Below are positions 55,564 through 64,000 of a stretch of 64,000 nt of DNA, piece by piece. The translations under genes and the position numbers were made by a program. The stretch is from Eledone cirrhosa. Taxonomy: Eukaryota. The notes under the pieces are model-generated. The model had not been told where the DNA came from, searched no databases, and saw nothing but the letters and a program-made list of their open reading frames with translations. Every line of letters begins with the position of its first letter. Position 1 is the stretch's first letter. The stretch spans positions 1 through 64,000 of the forward strand of contig CAXHJY010001737.1 of the NCBI GenBank assembly GCA_964016885.1. Reading direction: 5' to 3'.

Positions 55564-58500
55564 GTCCAGTCAAACAACCTCTCTAGTGCTGGTGGCACGA
55601 ATAAAAGCGCCCAGTCCATGCTGTAAAGTGGTGTGGTGATAGGCACAACATATCAAAAAATGATAGGCACAACATACAAATATAGTGATGATGATAATAT
55701 GATACATATGTAATACGTACAGCCTCTATATCTTCCTCTATTGCTGAGATATCCCATCTGTTTTGTAAGATAAATATATTCGGTTTGGACAATTTGGAGT
55801 TTACTTTGTGGAAAAAATTCTTTTCCTGGAATTAAAAAACAAAACAAAAAAAAAACCATCAATTTTCAGAATATTTTTTGATGATGATGATGGTAATGGT
55901 CGTGGTAAATGTAGTGATGGTAGTAATGGTAATGACAAAGGTAGTAGTGGGGATAGTGATGGTGGTGATAATCGTCATACAGGTTCACAATTTTTATCAG
56001 AAATTCTGAAAACTGAACATTTTTTTCCAAGTTGCCATCTGCACACCAAAGCTTGCGTTTGGCGCCAAACTTAACCTGAGACGATCCACATTCAACCGAG
56101 ATCACACAGTTGTATCTCAGTGCACCTACCATGTCGCCTCTGCTGCTCATGGAGATTTTGTTTATTTTTTGCTGATTTTCTTTTTTTTTTTACTTTAACC
56201 CTTTAATGTTCAAACTGGCCAAAACCGGCCAGAATTCTCTACCTTTTTCTGTTGAAACTGGCTGTAACTGGTCACTCAAACTGATGTTAAGTTATTGTTC
56301 TCAAAATAAATACTTTCAAAATCTCATAGATTCGATATTATGTGAGATAATTATGTGAGGTAAAGCCTTTACCATGAAAATATAATAGTATATATAGAGT
56401 AATGTGAATGCTAAAGGATTAAAGACTGTGAAAATGTGAAAAAGAGTTGCAGATTCTGCTATGGTTAACAGAAGCAGATAAGGAAGCGCCTGTCATAATC
56501 AATAGCACAGAAGCTTGATCGTGATATATCTGTGCGATGTCTTACTGAAAATTATGGTGTGGGAACTATCACCACGTACAACCTAAAAACTTTAAAATCT
56601 ATGCTAAAAATCTTCCAATCCCAAATCCCAAAAGTGTCTGGTCCCAAGGTTTTCGGATAAGAGCTTGTGAACCTGTAATGGATGTGGGGGTGATGGTAGT
56701 GGCCGTGATGGTCATGGTTAAGGACAATAGTAGTGGCACTGATTATGGTGATGGTGGTTATGAATGTAGGGACGGTGGTAGGAGTAATGGTGATGGCAGT
56801 AATGATGGTGGCAGTGGCTGTGACTGCCATGGTAATAATAGTGCTGGTGATGATAGTGGTAGTGATGATGATAATGATAGTAGTAATGGTAGTTATCACA
56901 ATAGTAGTAAGAGGGAGTACTCACGGTTTGCATAAGTGTTGACTCAGCGTTGGCAACCAGAACAAAGACATCTGCATCTAAACAGTGAGCATCAATCCAG
57001 TTGTCAAGATCAGGTGATACATCAATACCGGGGCTGATTGATAGATATTGATAGATAGATATTAATAGATAGATAGACAGACAGATAATATAATACATGT
57101 TTATGTATAATACATGTTTATATATAATACATGTTTATGTATAATACGTTTATATATAATACATGTTTATGTATAATACATGTTTATGTATAATACATGT
57201 TTATGTATAATATATGTTTATGTATAATACATGTTTATGTATAATACATGTTTATGTATAATACATGTTTATGTATAATACATGTTTATGTATAATACAT
57301 GTTTATGTATAATACATGTTTATGTATAATACATGTTTATGTATAATACATGTTTATGTATAATATATGTTTATATATAATACATGTTTATGTATAATAC
57401 ATGTTTATGTATAATACATGTTTATGTATAATATATATTCATATATAATATATTTATGTATAATATTCAATATGTTCATGTATAATATATATATTTATGT
57501 ATAATATACAATATGTTTATGTATAATATACAATATATTTATGTATAATACATATATTTATGTATCATATTCAATATGTCTATGTATCATATTCAATATG
57601 TCTATGTATAATATTCAATATGTCTATGTATAATATACAACAGGTTTATGTATAATATTCAATATATTTATGTATAATATTCAATATGTCTATGTATAAT
57701 ATTCAATATATTTATGTATAATATTCAATATGTCTATGTATAATATTCAATATATTTATGTATAATATACAACAGGTTTATGTATAATGTGAAGTCGCGT
57801 GACTTTGTGGTTAGGATATTTGGCTCACAATCCTGGCCACCTCCTACTACACCACACCACACCCTACCTACACAAAGACTCTCCATTCTTACCTGTCAAG
57901 TAGCACCACATCTTCTTTGAGCAATCGACACTTATCTTTGGGCCAAAGTATCCGTATCAATGCATTGTTGTCCAGTTTCATGTTACTGAGGGCATGGGCT
58001 AATTGTTTGATGTCCTAGAGAGACAGAGAAAGAGTTTTATATATATATATGAGAGAGAGAGAGAGTTATATATAGAGAGACAGAGAGTAAAGATAGAGAG
58101 AAAGTTTTATATATATATAGGAGACAGAGTGGAGAGAGAGTTTTATATATATAGGAGACAAAGAGGGGAGAAAGAGAGAGTTATATATATGTATATATAT
58201 ATATATCTAGGAGACAGAGAGTGTAAAGGGAGATATATATATATTGATCCGGAATTATTGCCAGTGTCCGACGAACCTGCAGTTCTAGAATCAGACAGAT
58301 CAATACAATGATCGCGTCTCGAGCTGTCTGCCGGCGAAACAATTGTAACACAATAGATTGAGTCCAGATGCATCACTGATTTTTCGTTTTATATTATATA
58401 TATATGAGACATAGAGTGTAAAGGGAGAGAGAGAGTTATATAGAGAGAGACAGTAAAGGTATCGAGAGCATGAGCTAGTTGTCTAATGTTCTACTAAGAG

Positions 58501-61500
58501 AGAGTTAGGGTTAGGGTTAGTTCATGTTGCTCCTTCAACCTGGAGTTGCGACTGATAGATAGTGCTAGCAATTGGAAAGACCAACGGAAACATTGTTTCC
58601 TCGGTCCGATATATATATATATATATAAAGAGGAAGAGAGAGAGTAAAGGTATCGAGAGAGAGAGAGAGAGAGAGTAAAGGTATCGAGAGAGAGAGAGAG
58701 AGAGACAGTAAAGGTATCGAGAGCATGAGCTAGTTGTTTAATGTCCTACAGAGTGAGAGTAAAGGAGGAGGAGAAAACAGGATTAATAACAAACAGTGAG
58801 ACAAAAAAAACAAGAGGAAGGACGAGTAGATAGGTAGAGAGGAGTGAGAGAGGTGGAGTGGAGTGAGAGAAGAGAGGTGGAGTGAGAGAAGAGAGGTGGA
58901 GTGAGAGAAGAGAGGTGGAGTGGAGAGAGAAGAGAGGTGGAGTGGAGAGAGGTGGAGTGGAGAGAGAGAAAAGGTTGAGTGGAGAGAGAGAAAAGGTTGA
59001 GTGGAGAGAGAGAAAAGGTTGAGTGGAGAGAGGGGAGAGTGAGAGTAGAGAAGTGGAGTGAGAACGAGAGTAGAGAAGTGGAGTGAGAGTGCAAACTTAC
59101 ATTGATACTCTTGGGTGTGTCTGAGTCATCGGTGAGTAAGACTGCTTCATTAGAGTCAGAACCTTCAACCTGAAGGAAACAGTTGGTGGTGTGTCCTATA
59201 CCACTGGGAAGGATCTTATCCCTTAACATGGCGTTTATCACAGTACTTTTACCATTTGATGTCCTGTAAATATATAATGTTACAATGAATACATGCGGAG
59301 TAAGGTTGAAAAGTTTTGTGGGTCACCAGGAACCTCTCCTTGCGATTGTCAAGAGGAGGAAATTGGTGTAATTTGGCCACATCACATGACATGACAGCAC
59401 GTGCAAGACCATCATTGAAGGTGACTGTAAGAGGGGACGCCAATGCAAAAACTGGTTGGACAATGTCAAAGAATGGACACACATGACTACACCAGATTTG
59501 TTGATGGCCACCGTTGATAGATGGTTATTTTCTACATTTAGTTTCAAATTTCTGTCTGGAAAAGTTGATATGTATCTATATATATAAAACTGAGGATGTG
59601 TGTGTGTCTGTCTCTGTGTGCGTGAGTTTGAATCCCTAAAACTCGAGAAGTACCCAACCGATTTTTTTCAAACTTTACATGTTTCAGGGAGTGTTATCCA
59701 CATAAAATTCAACTTTTTGATCCCCTAGGTGAAAAACTGTGTTTTTCCAGCGTTTTAGGGTTTTTTGAGGCGTTACGCCAGACCGATTTCCTTAAAATTC
59801 TAACTATGTATTAGTCAGTCTCTTTTTCATACCATCGCATTAGGTGAAAACCTGCATTTTTCCTGCTTCATCGAGGAAAATCTTAAAGATTATCCAGCCA
59901 TCAGAGTATTCGGGTTATTTTCTTTACATATTGTCCAGGCTTGCAGTTTTTCCACGGTTAGGTCTGTTGGCGGCCCGCGTTCCAAAATACCTTATCTTGT
60001 GCAACGCCAGGTACCACTGCTAGTTATATATATAAACAAAATTAGTTTTGCTCTAACATAGCGGATAAGTAAATGCATTTGTGAGTCTATCTATATATAT
60101 ACATATATATCGAAATGTGTTAATTAGCTGCCCCGGTTTATAAACGGGGTTTGGAGTTCTGCCTATTTCTCAGACATAAAATAGGTGGAGTCGATTCATG
60201 TTCAGATTGCTTTATAGTCGAGTATATACACTAAGTGGTAAAGTCATAACTTACCGTCTAAAAAAGACCACTTACATGTGGTCCCTGGACAAGGATAAGA
60301 CCTTACAATCTTGAACTCAACACCCTAACCACTAGGCCACACAGCACAGATAAGTAGTAACATCATAATTTACACACTGTCCCACCTGGTCAAGGAATTG
60401 AGCCCAATACCCTAACCATTAGGCCACACAACATAGACAAGTGGTAAAGGCATAATTTACAGTGCCCCACCTGGTCAAGGAATTGAGCCCAATACCCTAA
60501 TCATTAGGTCACACAACATAGACAAGTGGTAAAGCCATAATTTACAGTGCCCCACCTGGTCAAGGAATTGAGCCCAATACCCTAACCATTAGGCCACAGA
60601 ACATAGACGAGTGCTCACATCATAATTTACAGTGCCCCACCTGGTCAAGGAATTGAGCCCAATACCCTAACCATTAGGCCACAGAACATAGACGAGTGCT
60701 AACATCATAATTTACAGTGCCCCACCTGATCAAGGAATTGAGCCCAATACCCTAACCATTAGGCCACAGAACATAGACGAGTGCTAACATCATAATTTAC
60801 AGTGCCCCACCTGGTCAAGGAATTGAGCCCAATACCCTAACCATTAGGCCACACAACATAGACAAGTGGTAACATCATAATTTACAGTGCCCCACCTGGT
60901 CAAGGAATTGAGCCCAATACCCTAACCATTAGGCCACACAACATAGACAAGTGGTAACATCATAATTTACACTGTCCCACCTGGTCAAGGAATTGAGCCC
61001 CACACCCTAACCATTAGGCCACAGAACATAGGCAAGTGCTAACATCATAATTTACACACTCTCCCACCTGGTCAAGGAATTGAGCCCCACACCCTAACCA
61101 TTAGGCCACAGAACATAGACAAGTGCTAACATCATAATTTACACACTGTCCCACCTGGACAAGGAATTGAGGCCCACACCCTAACCATTAGGCCACACAA
61201 CATAGCTAAGTGCTAACATCATAATTTACACACTGTCCCACCTGGTCAAGAAATTGAGCCCCACACCCTAACCATTAGGCCACAGAACATAGACAAGTGC
61301 TAACATCATAATTTACACACTGTCCCACCTGGTCAAGAAATTGAGCCCCACACCCTAACCATTAGGCCACACAACATAGCTAAGTGGTAAAATCATAATT
61401 TACACTGTCCCACCTGGTCAAGGAATTGAGCCCCACACCCTAACCATTAGGCCACAGAACATAGACAAGTGCTAACATCATAATTTACACACTGTCCCAC

Positions 61501-63946
61501 CTGGACAAGGAATTGAGGCCCACACCCTAACCATTAGGCCACACAACATAGCTAAGTGCTAACATCATAATTTACACACTGTCCCACCTGGTCAAGAAAT
61601 TGAGCCCCACACCCTAACCATTAGGCCACAGAACATAGACAAGTGCTAACATCATAATTTACACACTGTCCCACCTGGTCAAGGAATTGAGCCCCACACC
61701 CTAACCATTAGGCCACAGAACATAGACAAGTGCTAACATCATAATTTACACACTGTCCCACCTGGTCAAGAAATTGAGCCCCACACCCTAACCATTAGGC
61801 CACAGAACATAGACAAGTGCTAACATCATAATTTACACACTGTCCCACCTGGTCAAGAAATTGAGCCCCACACCCTAACCATTAGGCCACAGAACATAGA
61901 CAAGTGCTAACATCATAATTTACACACTGTTCCACCTGGTCAAGAAATTGAGCCCCACACCCTAACCATTAGGCCACAGAACATAGACAAGTGCTAACAT
62001 CATAATTTACACACTGTCCCACCTGGTCAAGAAATTGAGCCCCACACCCTAACCATTAGGCCACAGAACATAGACAAGTGCTAACATCATAATTTACACA
62101 CTGTCCCACCTGGTCAAGAAATTGAGCCCCACACCCTAACCATTAGGCCACAGAACATAGACAAGTGCTAACATCATAATTTACACACTGTCCCACCTGG
62201 ACAAGGAATTGAGCCCCACACCCTAACCATTAGGCCACACAACATAAGCTAAGTGGTAAAATCATGACTTACAGTGCCCCACCTGGTCAAGGAATTGAGC
62301 CCCACACCCTAACCATTAGGCCAGACAACAGAGACAAGTGCTCACATCATAATTTACAGTGCCCCACCTGGTCAAGGAATTGAGCCCAACACCCTAACCA
62401 TTAGGCCACAGAACATAGACGAGTGCTAACATCATAATTTACAGTGCCCCACCTGGTCAAGGAATTGAGCCCAATACCCTAACCATTAGGCCACACAACA
62501 TAGACAAGTGGTAACATCATAATTTACAGTGCCCCACCTGGTCAATGAATTGAGCCCAATACCCTAACCATTAGGCCACACAACATAGACAAGTGGTAAC
62601 ATCATAATTTACAGTGCCCCACCTGGTCAAGGAATTGAGCCCAATACCCTAACCATTAGGCCACACAACATAGACAAGTGGTAACATCATAATTTACACT
62701 GTCCCACCTGGTCAAGGAATTGAGCCCCACACCCTAACCATTAGGCCACAGAACATAGACAAGTGCTAACATCATAATTTACACACTGTCCCACCTGGTC
62801 AAGGAATTGAGCCCCACACCCTAACCATTAGGCCACAGAACATAGACAAGTGCTAACATCATAATTTACACACTGTCCCACCTGGTCAAGAAATTGAGCC
62901 CCACACCCTAACCATTAGGCCACAGAACATAGACAAGTGCTAACATCATAATTTACACACTGTTCCACCTGGTCAAGAAATTGAGCCCCACACCCTAACC
63001 ATTAGGCCACAGAACATAGACAAGTGCTAACATCATAATTTACACACTGTCCCACCTGGTCAAGAAATTGAGCCCCACACCCTAACCATTAGGCCACAGA
63101 ACATAGACAAGTGCTAACATCATAATTTACACACTGTCCCACCTGGTCAAGAAATTGAGCCCCACACCCTAACCATTAGGCCACAGAACATAGACAAGTG
63201 CTAACATCATAATTTACACACTGTCCCACCTGGTCAAGAAATTGAGCCCCACACCCTAACCATTAGGCCACAGAACATAGACAAGTGCTAACATCATAAT
63301 TTACACACTGTCCCACCTGGACAAGGAATTGAGCCCCACACCCTAACCATTAGGCCACACAACATAGCTAAGTGGTAAAATCATGACTTACAGTGCCCCA
63401 CCTGGTCAAGGAATTGAGCCCCACACCCTAACCATTAGGCCAGACAACAGAGACAAGTGCTAACATCATAATTTACAGCGCCCCACCTGGTCAAGGAATT
63501 GAGCCCAACACCCTAACCATTAGGCCACAGAACATAGCTAAGTGGTAAAATCATGACTTACAGTGCCCCACCTGGTCAAGGAATTGAGCCCAACACCCTA
63601 ACCATTAGGCCACACAACATAGCTAAGTGGTAAAATCATGACTTACAGTGCCCCACCTGGTCAAGGAATTGAGCCCAACACCCTAATCATTAGGTCACAC
63701 AACATAGACAAGTGGTAAAACCATAATTTACAGTGCCCCACCTGGTCAAGGAATTGAGCCCAACACCCTAATCATTAGGTCACACAACATAGACAAGTGG
63801 TAACATCATAACTTACCGTCCGAAGAAGACCACTTTCATGTGATCCCTGGACAATACTTCTGTAATTCCATGGACTTTGTCTTTAAATCCTTTCACTCTT
63901 TCAGCATAATCTGCTGTCACAAGATCTTTAGCAACTTCCAACGTGT
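30676..63946 (-). CDS. MFN2: Mitofusin (MFN1/MFN2/Marf family) gene, 16 coding exons in window, 5' part missing
   Basis: Exons join in frame through GT-AG sites: G1 GRTSNGKS, G2 HTTNCF, G3 DSPG, G4 NRWD, HR1, TM region, YERLTWT, HR2, stop TGA at 30676-30678. Confidence 0.96.
30825..35110. repeat. 95-bp minisatellite, ~45 copies, filling the last mitofusin intron
   Basis: actatctgtcagtcacaactcctgg recurs at 30966, 31061, 31156... Confidence 0.95.
35146..35280 (-). CDS. MFN2: Mitofusin exon, HR2 ([44 protein letters not shown])
   Basis: AG/GT boundaries, 135 bp, frame-compatible. Confidence 0.92.
35745..35970 (-). mobile_element. Short element made of the RTE 3' UTR with (TGA)n tail
   Basis: Reverse complement matches 17770-18110; further copies at 37940-38045, 39450-39618, 45140-45410. 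Confidence 0.75.
36039..36235 (-). CDS. MFN2: Mitofusin exon ([12 protein letters not shown]...YERLTWT...SNCSHQVK)
   Basis: Diagnostic TM/YERLTWT motif; cag/gtaagt boundaries. Confidence 0.95.
36319..36579. mobile_element. hAT-family MITE
   Basis: TIRs cagtcatgggcaac / gtttcccatgcctg; 8-bp TSD gtttatac/gtttaaac. Confidence 0.8.
36650..36865. mobile_element. TTAA-flanked piggyBac-like MITE (related copies ~46055-46356, 48039-48260, 56195-56422)
   Basis: ttaaccct...taaatgctaaagggttaa termini and shared internal sequence. Confidence 0.65.
37599..37727 (-). CDS. MFN2: Mitofusin exon (TPQTSQP...[14 protein letters not shown])
   Basis: AG/GTAAGT boundaries; first TM segment. Confidence 0.92.
38479..38699 (-). 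CDS. MFN2: Mitofusin exon (QMSTLLKDK...[16 protein letters not shown]...GNIT)
   Basis: Conserved LCADFxEDIEF motif; 221 bp. Confidence 0.94.
38750..39240. repeat. Intronic minisatellite (~65-85-bp related units)
   Basis: Repeated tatgtaggtctagctgaccccactaccaggttctatc. Confidence 0.8.
39778..40305 (-). mobile_element. 5'-truncated RTE LINE 3' fragment
   Basis: [17 protein letters not shown]...[12 protein letters not shown]...AGHVAR...[14 protein letters not shown]; atcaaggtgat tail. Confidence 0.85.
41418..42152. mobile_element. TTAA-ended MITE-like element with internal tandem duplications (related to ~25990-26435)
   Basis: ttaacccttt... / ...aaagggttaa ends; repeated aagaacctttgttaagttatgttccaaac. 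Confidence 0.55.
42880..43403. repeat. Tandem repeat abutting an exon donor site
   Basis: Repeated gattacc(t/g)gagaggacacagcacttctg. Confidence 0.85.
43404..43506 (-). CDS. MFN2: Mitofusin exon ([19 protein letters not shown]...REKIT)
   Basis: tag/gtaatc boundaries, 103 bp. Confidence 0.92.
43690..44425. repeat. 48-bp minisatellite with alternating (96-bp dimer) variants
   Basis: ataaaatacacccagtacactttgtaaagtggtagtgctggtgtcatg repeats. Confidence 0.92.
45588..45772 (+). mobile_element. tRNA-derived SINE (same family as the 24-26 kb cluster; also 52615-52805 and 52990-53120 on minus)
   Basis: B-box gagttcaaatcc; ctttgcctttcatccttgcggggtcgataaaataaagtaccag. Confidence 0.8.
47004..47108 (-). 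CDS. MFN2: Mitofusin exon ([25 protein letters not shown]...YKK)
   Basis: Conserved EEIxRL..VDEF..FHP; AAG acceptor, GTAAGG donor. Confidence 0.92.
47749..47875 (-). CDS. MFN2: Mitofusin exon, HR1 ([14 protein letters not shown]...VERK)
   Basis: 127 bp, frame-compatible, AG/GT. Confidence 0.9.
49816..49937 (-). CDS. MFN2: Mitofusin exon ([16 protein letters not shown]...SLLR)
   Basis: Diagnostic ECISxSAVKTKF; weak GTCTAC donor required by frame. Confidence 0.9.
50135..52410. repeat. 33/29-bp purine-rich minisatellite
   Basis: gagtatagagagacag(ttag)tgagggag(a/t)gaaa; source of the [10 protein letters not shown] ORFs. Confidence 0.95.
53277..53344 (-). CDS. MFN2: Mitofusin exon ([22 protein letters not shown])
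   Basis: Conserved EGFQ.R..EF..FER.FE; 68 bp. Confidence 0.94.
53570..54585. repeat. 53-54-bp minisatellite
   Basis: gtaggtgtggctaaagttgtcgtagaggtggtgtatggctatagttatgaatat repeats. Confidence 0.92.
54600..54753 (-). CDS. MFN2: Mitofusin exon (VRKQHMER...[11 protein letters not shown]...TPTP)
   Basis: Conserved RxFFVSAxE; 154 bp. Confidence 0.95.
54983..55368 (+). mobile_element. tRNA-head SINE with V-like core and RTE-derived 3' tail
   Basis: A box tggtttagtgg, B box gagttcaattc, ccttgagcaagacactttatttcac, ggttggtgttaggaagggcatccagctgtagaaa, (tga)n. Confidence 0.8.
55721..55825 (-). CDS. MFN2: Mitofusin exon ([28 protein letters not shown]...)
   Basis: G4 NRWD motif; AG/GT. Confidence 0.95.
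55980..56675 (+). mobile_element. Tigger/pogo-like (Tc1-mariner) deleted DNA transposon with nested MITE
   Basis: TA-flanked TIRs caggttcacaa/ttgtgaacctg; remnant HTH coding [12 protein letters not shown] near 56530-56590. Confidence 0.75.
56925..57033 (-). CDS. MFN2: Mitofusin exon ([36 protein letters not shown])
   Basis: G3 DSPG split across the intron; [12 protein letters not shown]. Confidence 0.96.
57090..57790. repeat. 17-bp then ~22-bp AT-rich minisatellite
   Basis: atgtttatgtataatac repeats grading into tatgtataatattcaata. Confidence 0.9.
57893..58014 (-). CDS. MFN2: Mitofusin exon (DIKQLAHAL...[17 protein letters not shown])
   Basis: Conserved QLAHAL, WP..KC.LL. Confidence 0.95.
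58264..58351 (+). ncRNA. Degenerate hammerhead ribozyme with long stem II, family 4
   Basis: gtgt CCGACGA [~60-nt stem II incl. cagacag/ctgtctg] GAAA c(aatt)GTA acac. Confidence 0.5.
59101..59263 (-). CDS. MFN2: Mitofusin exon ([34 protein letters not shown]...)
   Basis: P-loop and G2 motifs; 163 bp. Confidence 0.96.
59290..59525 (+). mobile_element. Old RTE-like LINE 3' fragment
   Basis: [39 protein letters not shown]. Confidence 0.65.
59575..60023 (+). mobile_element. Non-autonomous Helitron-like element
   Basis: A|TCTATATATATAAAA start; degenerate subterminal hairpin (tgtgcaacgccagg) then CTAG|T end. Confidence 0.6.
60310..63810. repeat. 85-87-bp minisatellite, ~41 copies, abutting an exon donor
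   Basis: cctggtcaagg at 60385, 60470, 60555... Confidence 0.95.
63817..63946 (-). CDS. MFN2: Mitofusin exon (TLEVAKDLV...[14 protein letters not shown])
   Basis: Conserved VL.R.HMKV.FFGR preceding the P-loop; cag/gtaagt boundaries. Confidence 0.95.
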
Positions 63947-64000
63947 CTGAAAAATTAATAGCATCATCACCATCATTGTCCTTATCATTATCATCATCAC

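Noticed and set aside
58500-58522. Telomeric TTAGGG repeats
   Set aside because: Only 2-3 copies; not a telomere or a meaningful interstitial array.

Overview
AT-rich, microsatellite-laden animal genomic DNA. It is probably an octopus/coleoid cephalopod, inferred from the SINE and RTE families. The right half (30676-63946, minus strand) holds 16 coding exons of a mitofusin gene (MFN2/Marf-like dynamin-related GTPase) whose 5' exons lie beyond the window. Its introns are filled with minisatellites, SINEs, MITEs and LINE fragments. The left ~30 kb is intergenic and built on (TA)n-type microsatellite that has absorbed many retroelements. These include a Penelope-like element (RT + GIY-YIG, frameshifted) with tandem and inverted pseudo-LTRs, each carrying a minimal hammerhead ribozyme; a second truncated Penelope-like element; a near-intact full-length RTE LINE with a PHD-like finger, 5' tandem monomers and a TSD; degraded RTE fragments; and several fold-back elements. 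The most striking hidden signal is at least four unrelated families of hammerhead ribozyme motifs in short non-coding or fold-back elements within TA repeats. Also notable are intronic minisatellites seeded from duplicated splice-donor junctions or SINE pieces. Most ORF-track entries (YI/IY repeats etc.) are microsatellite artefacts.
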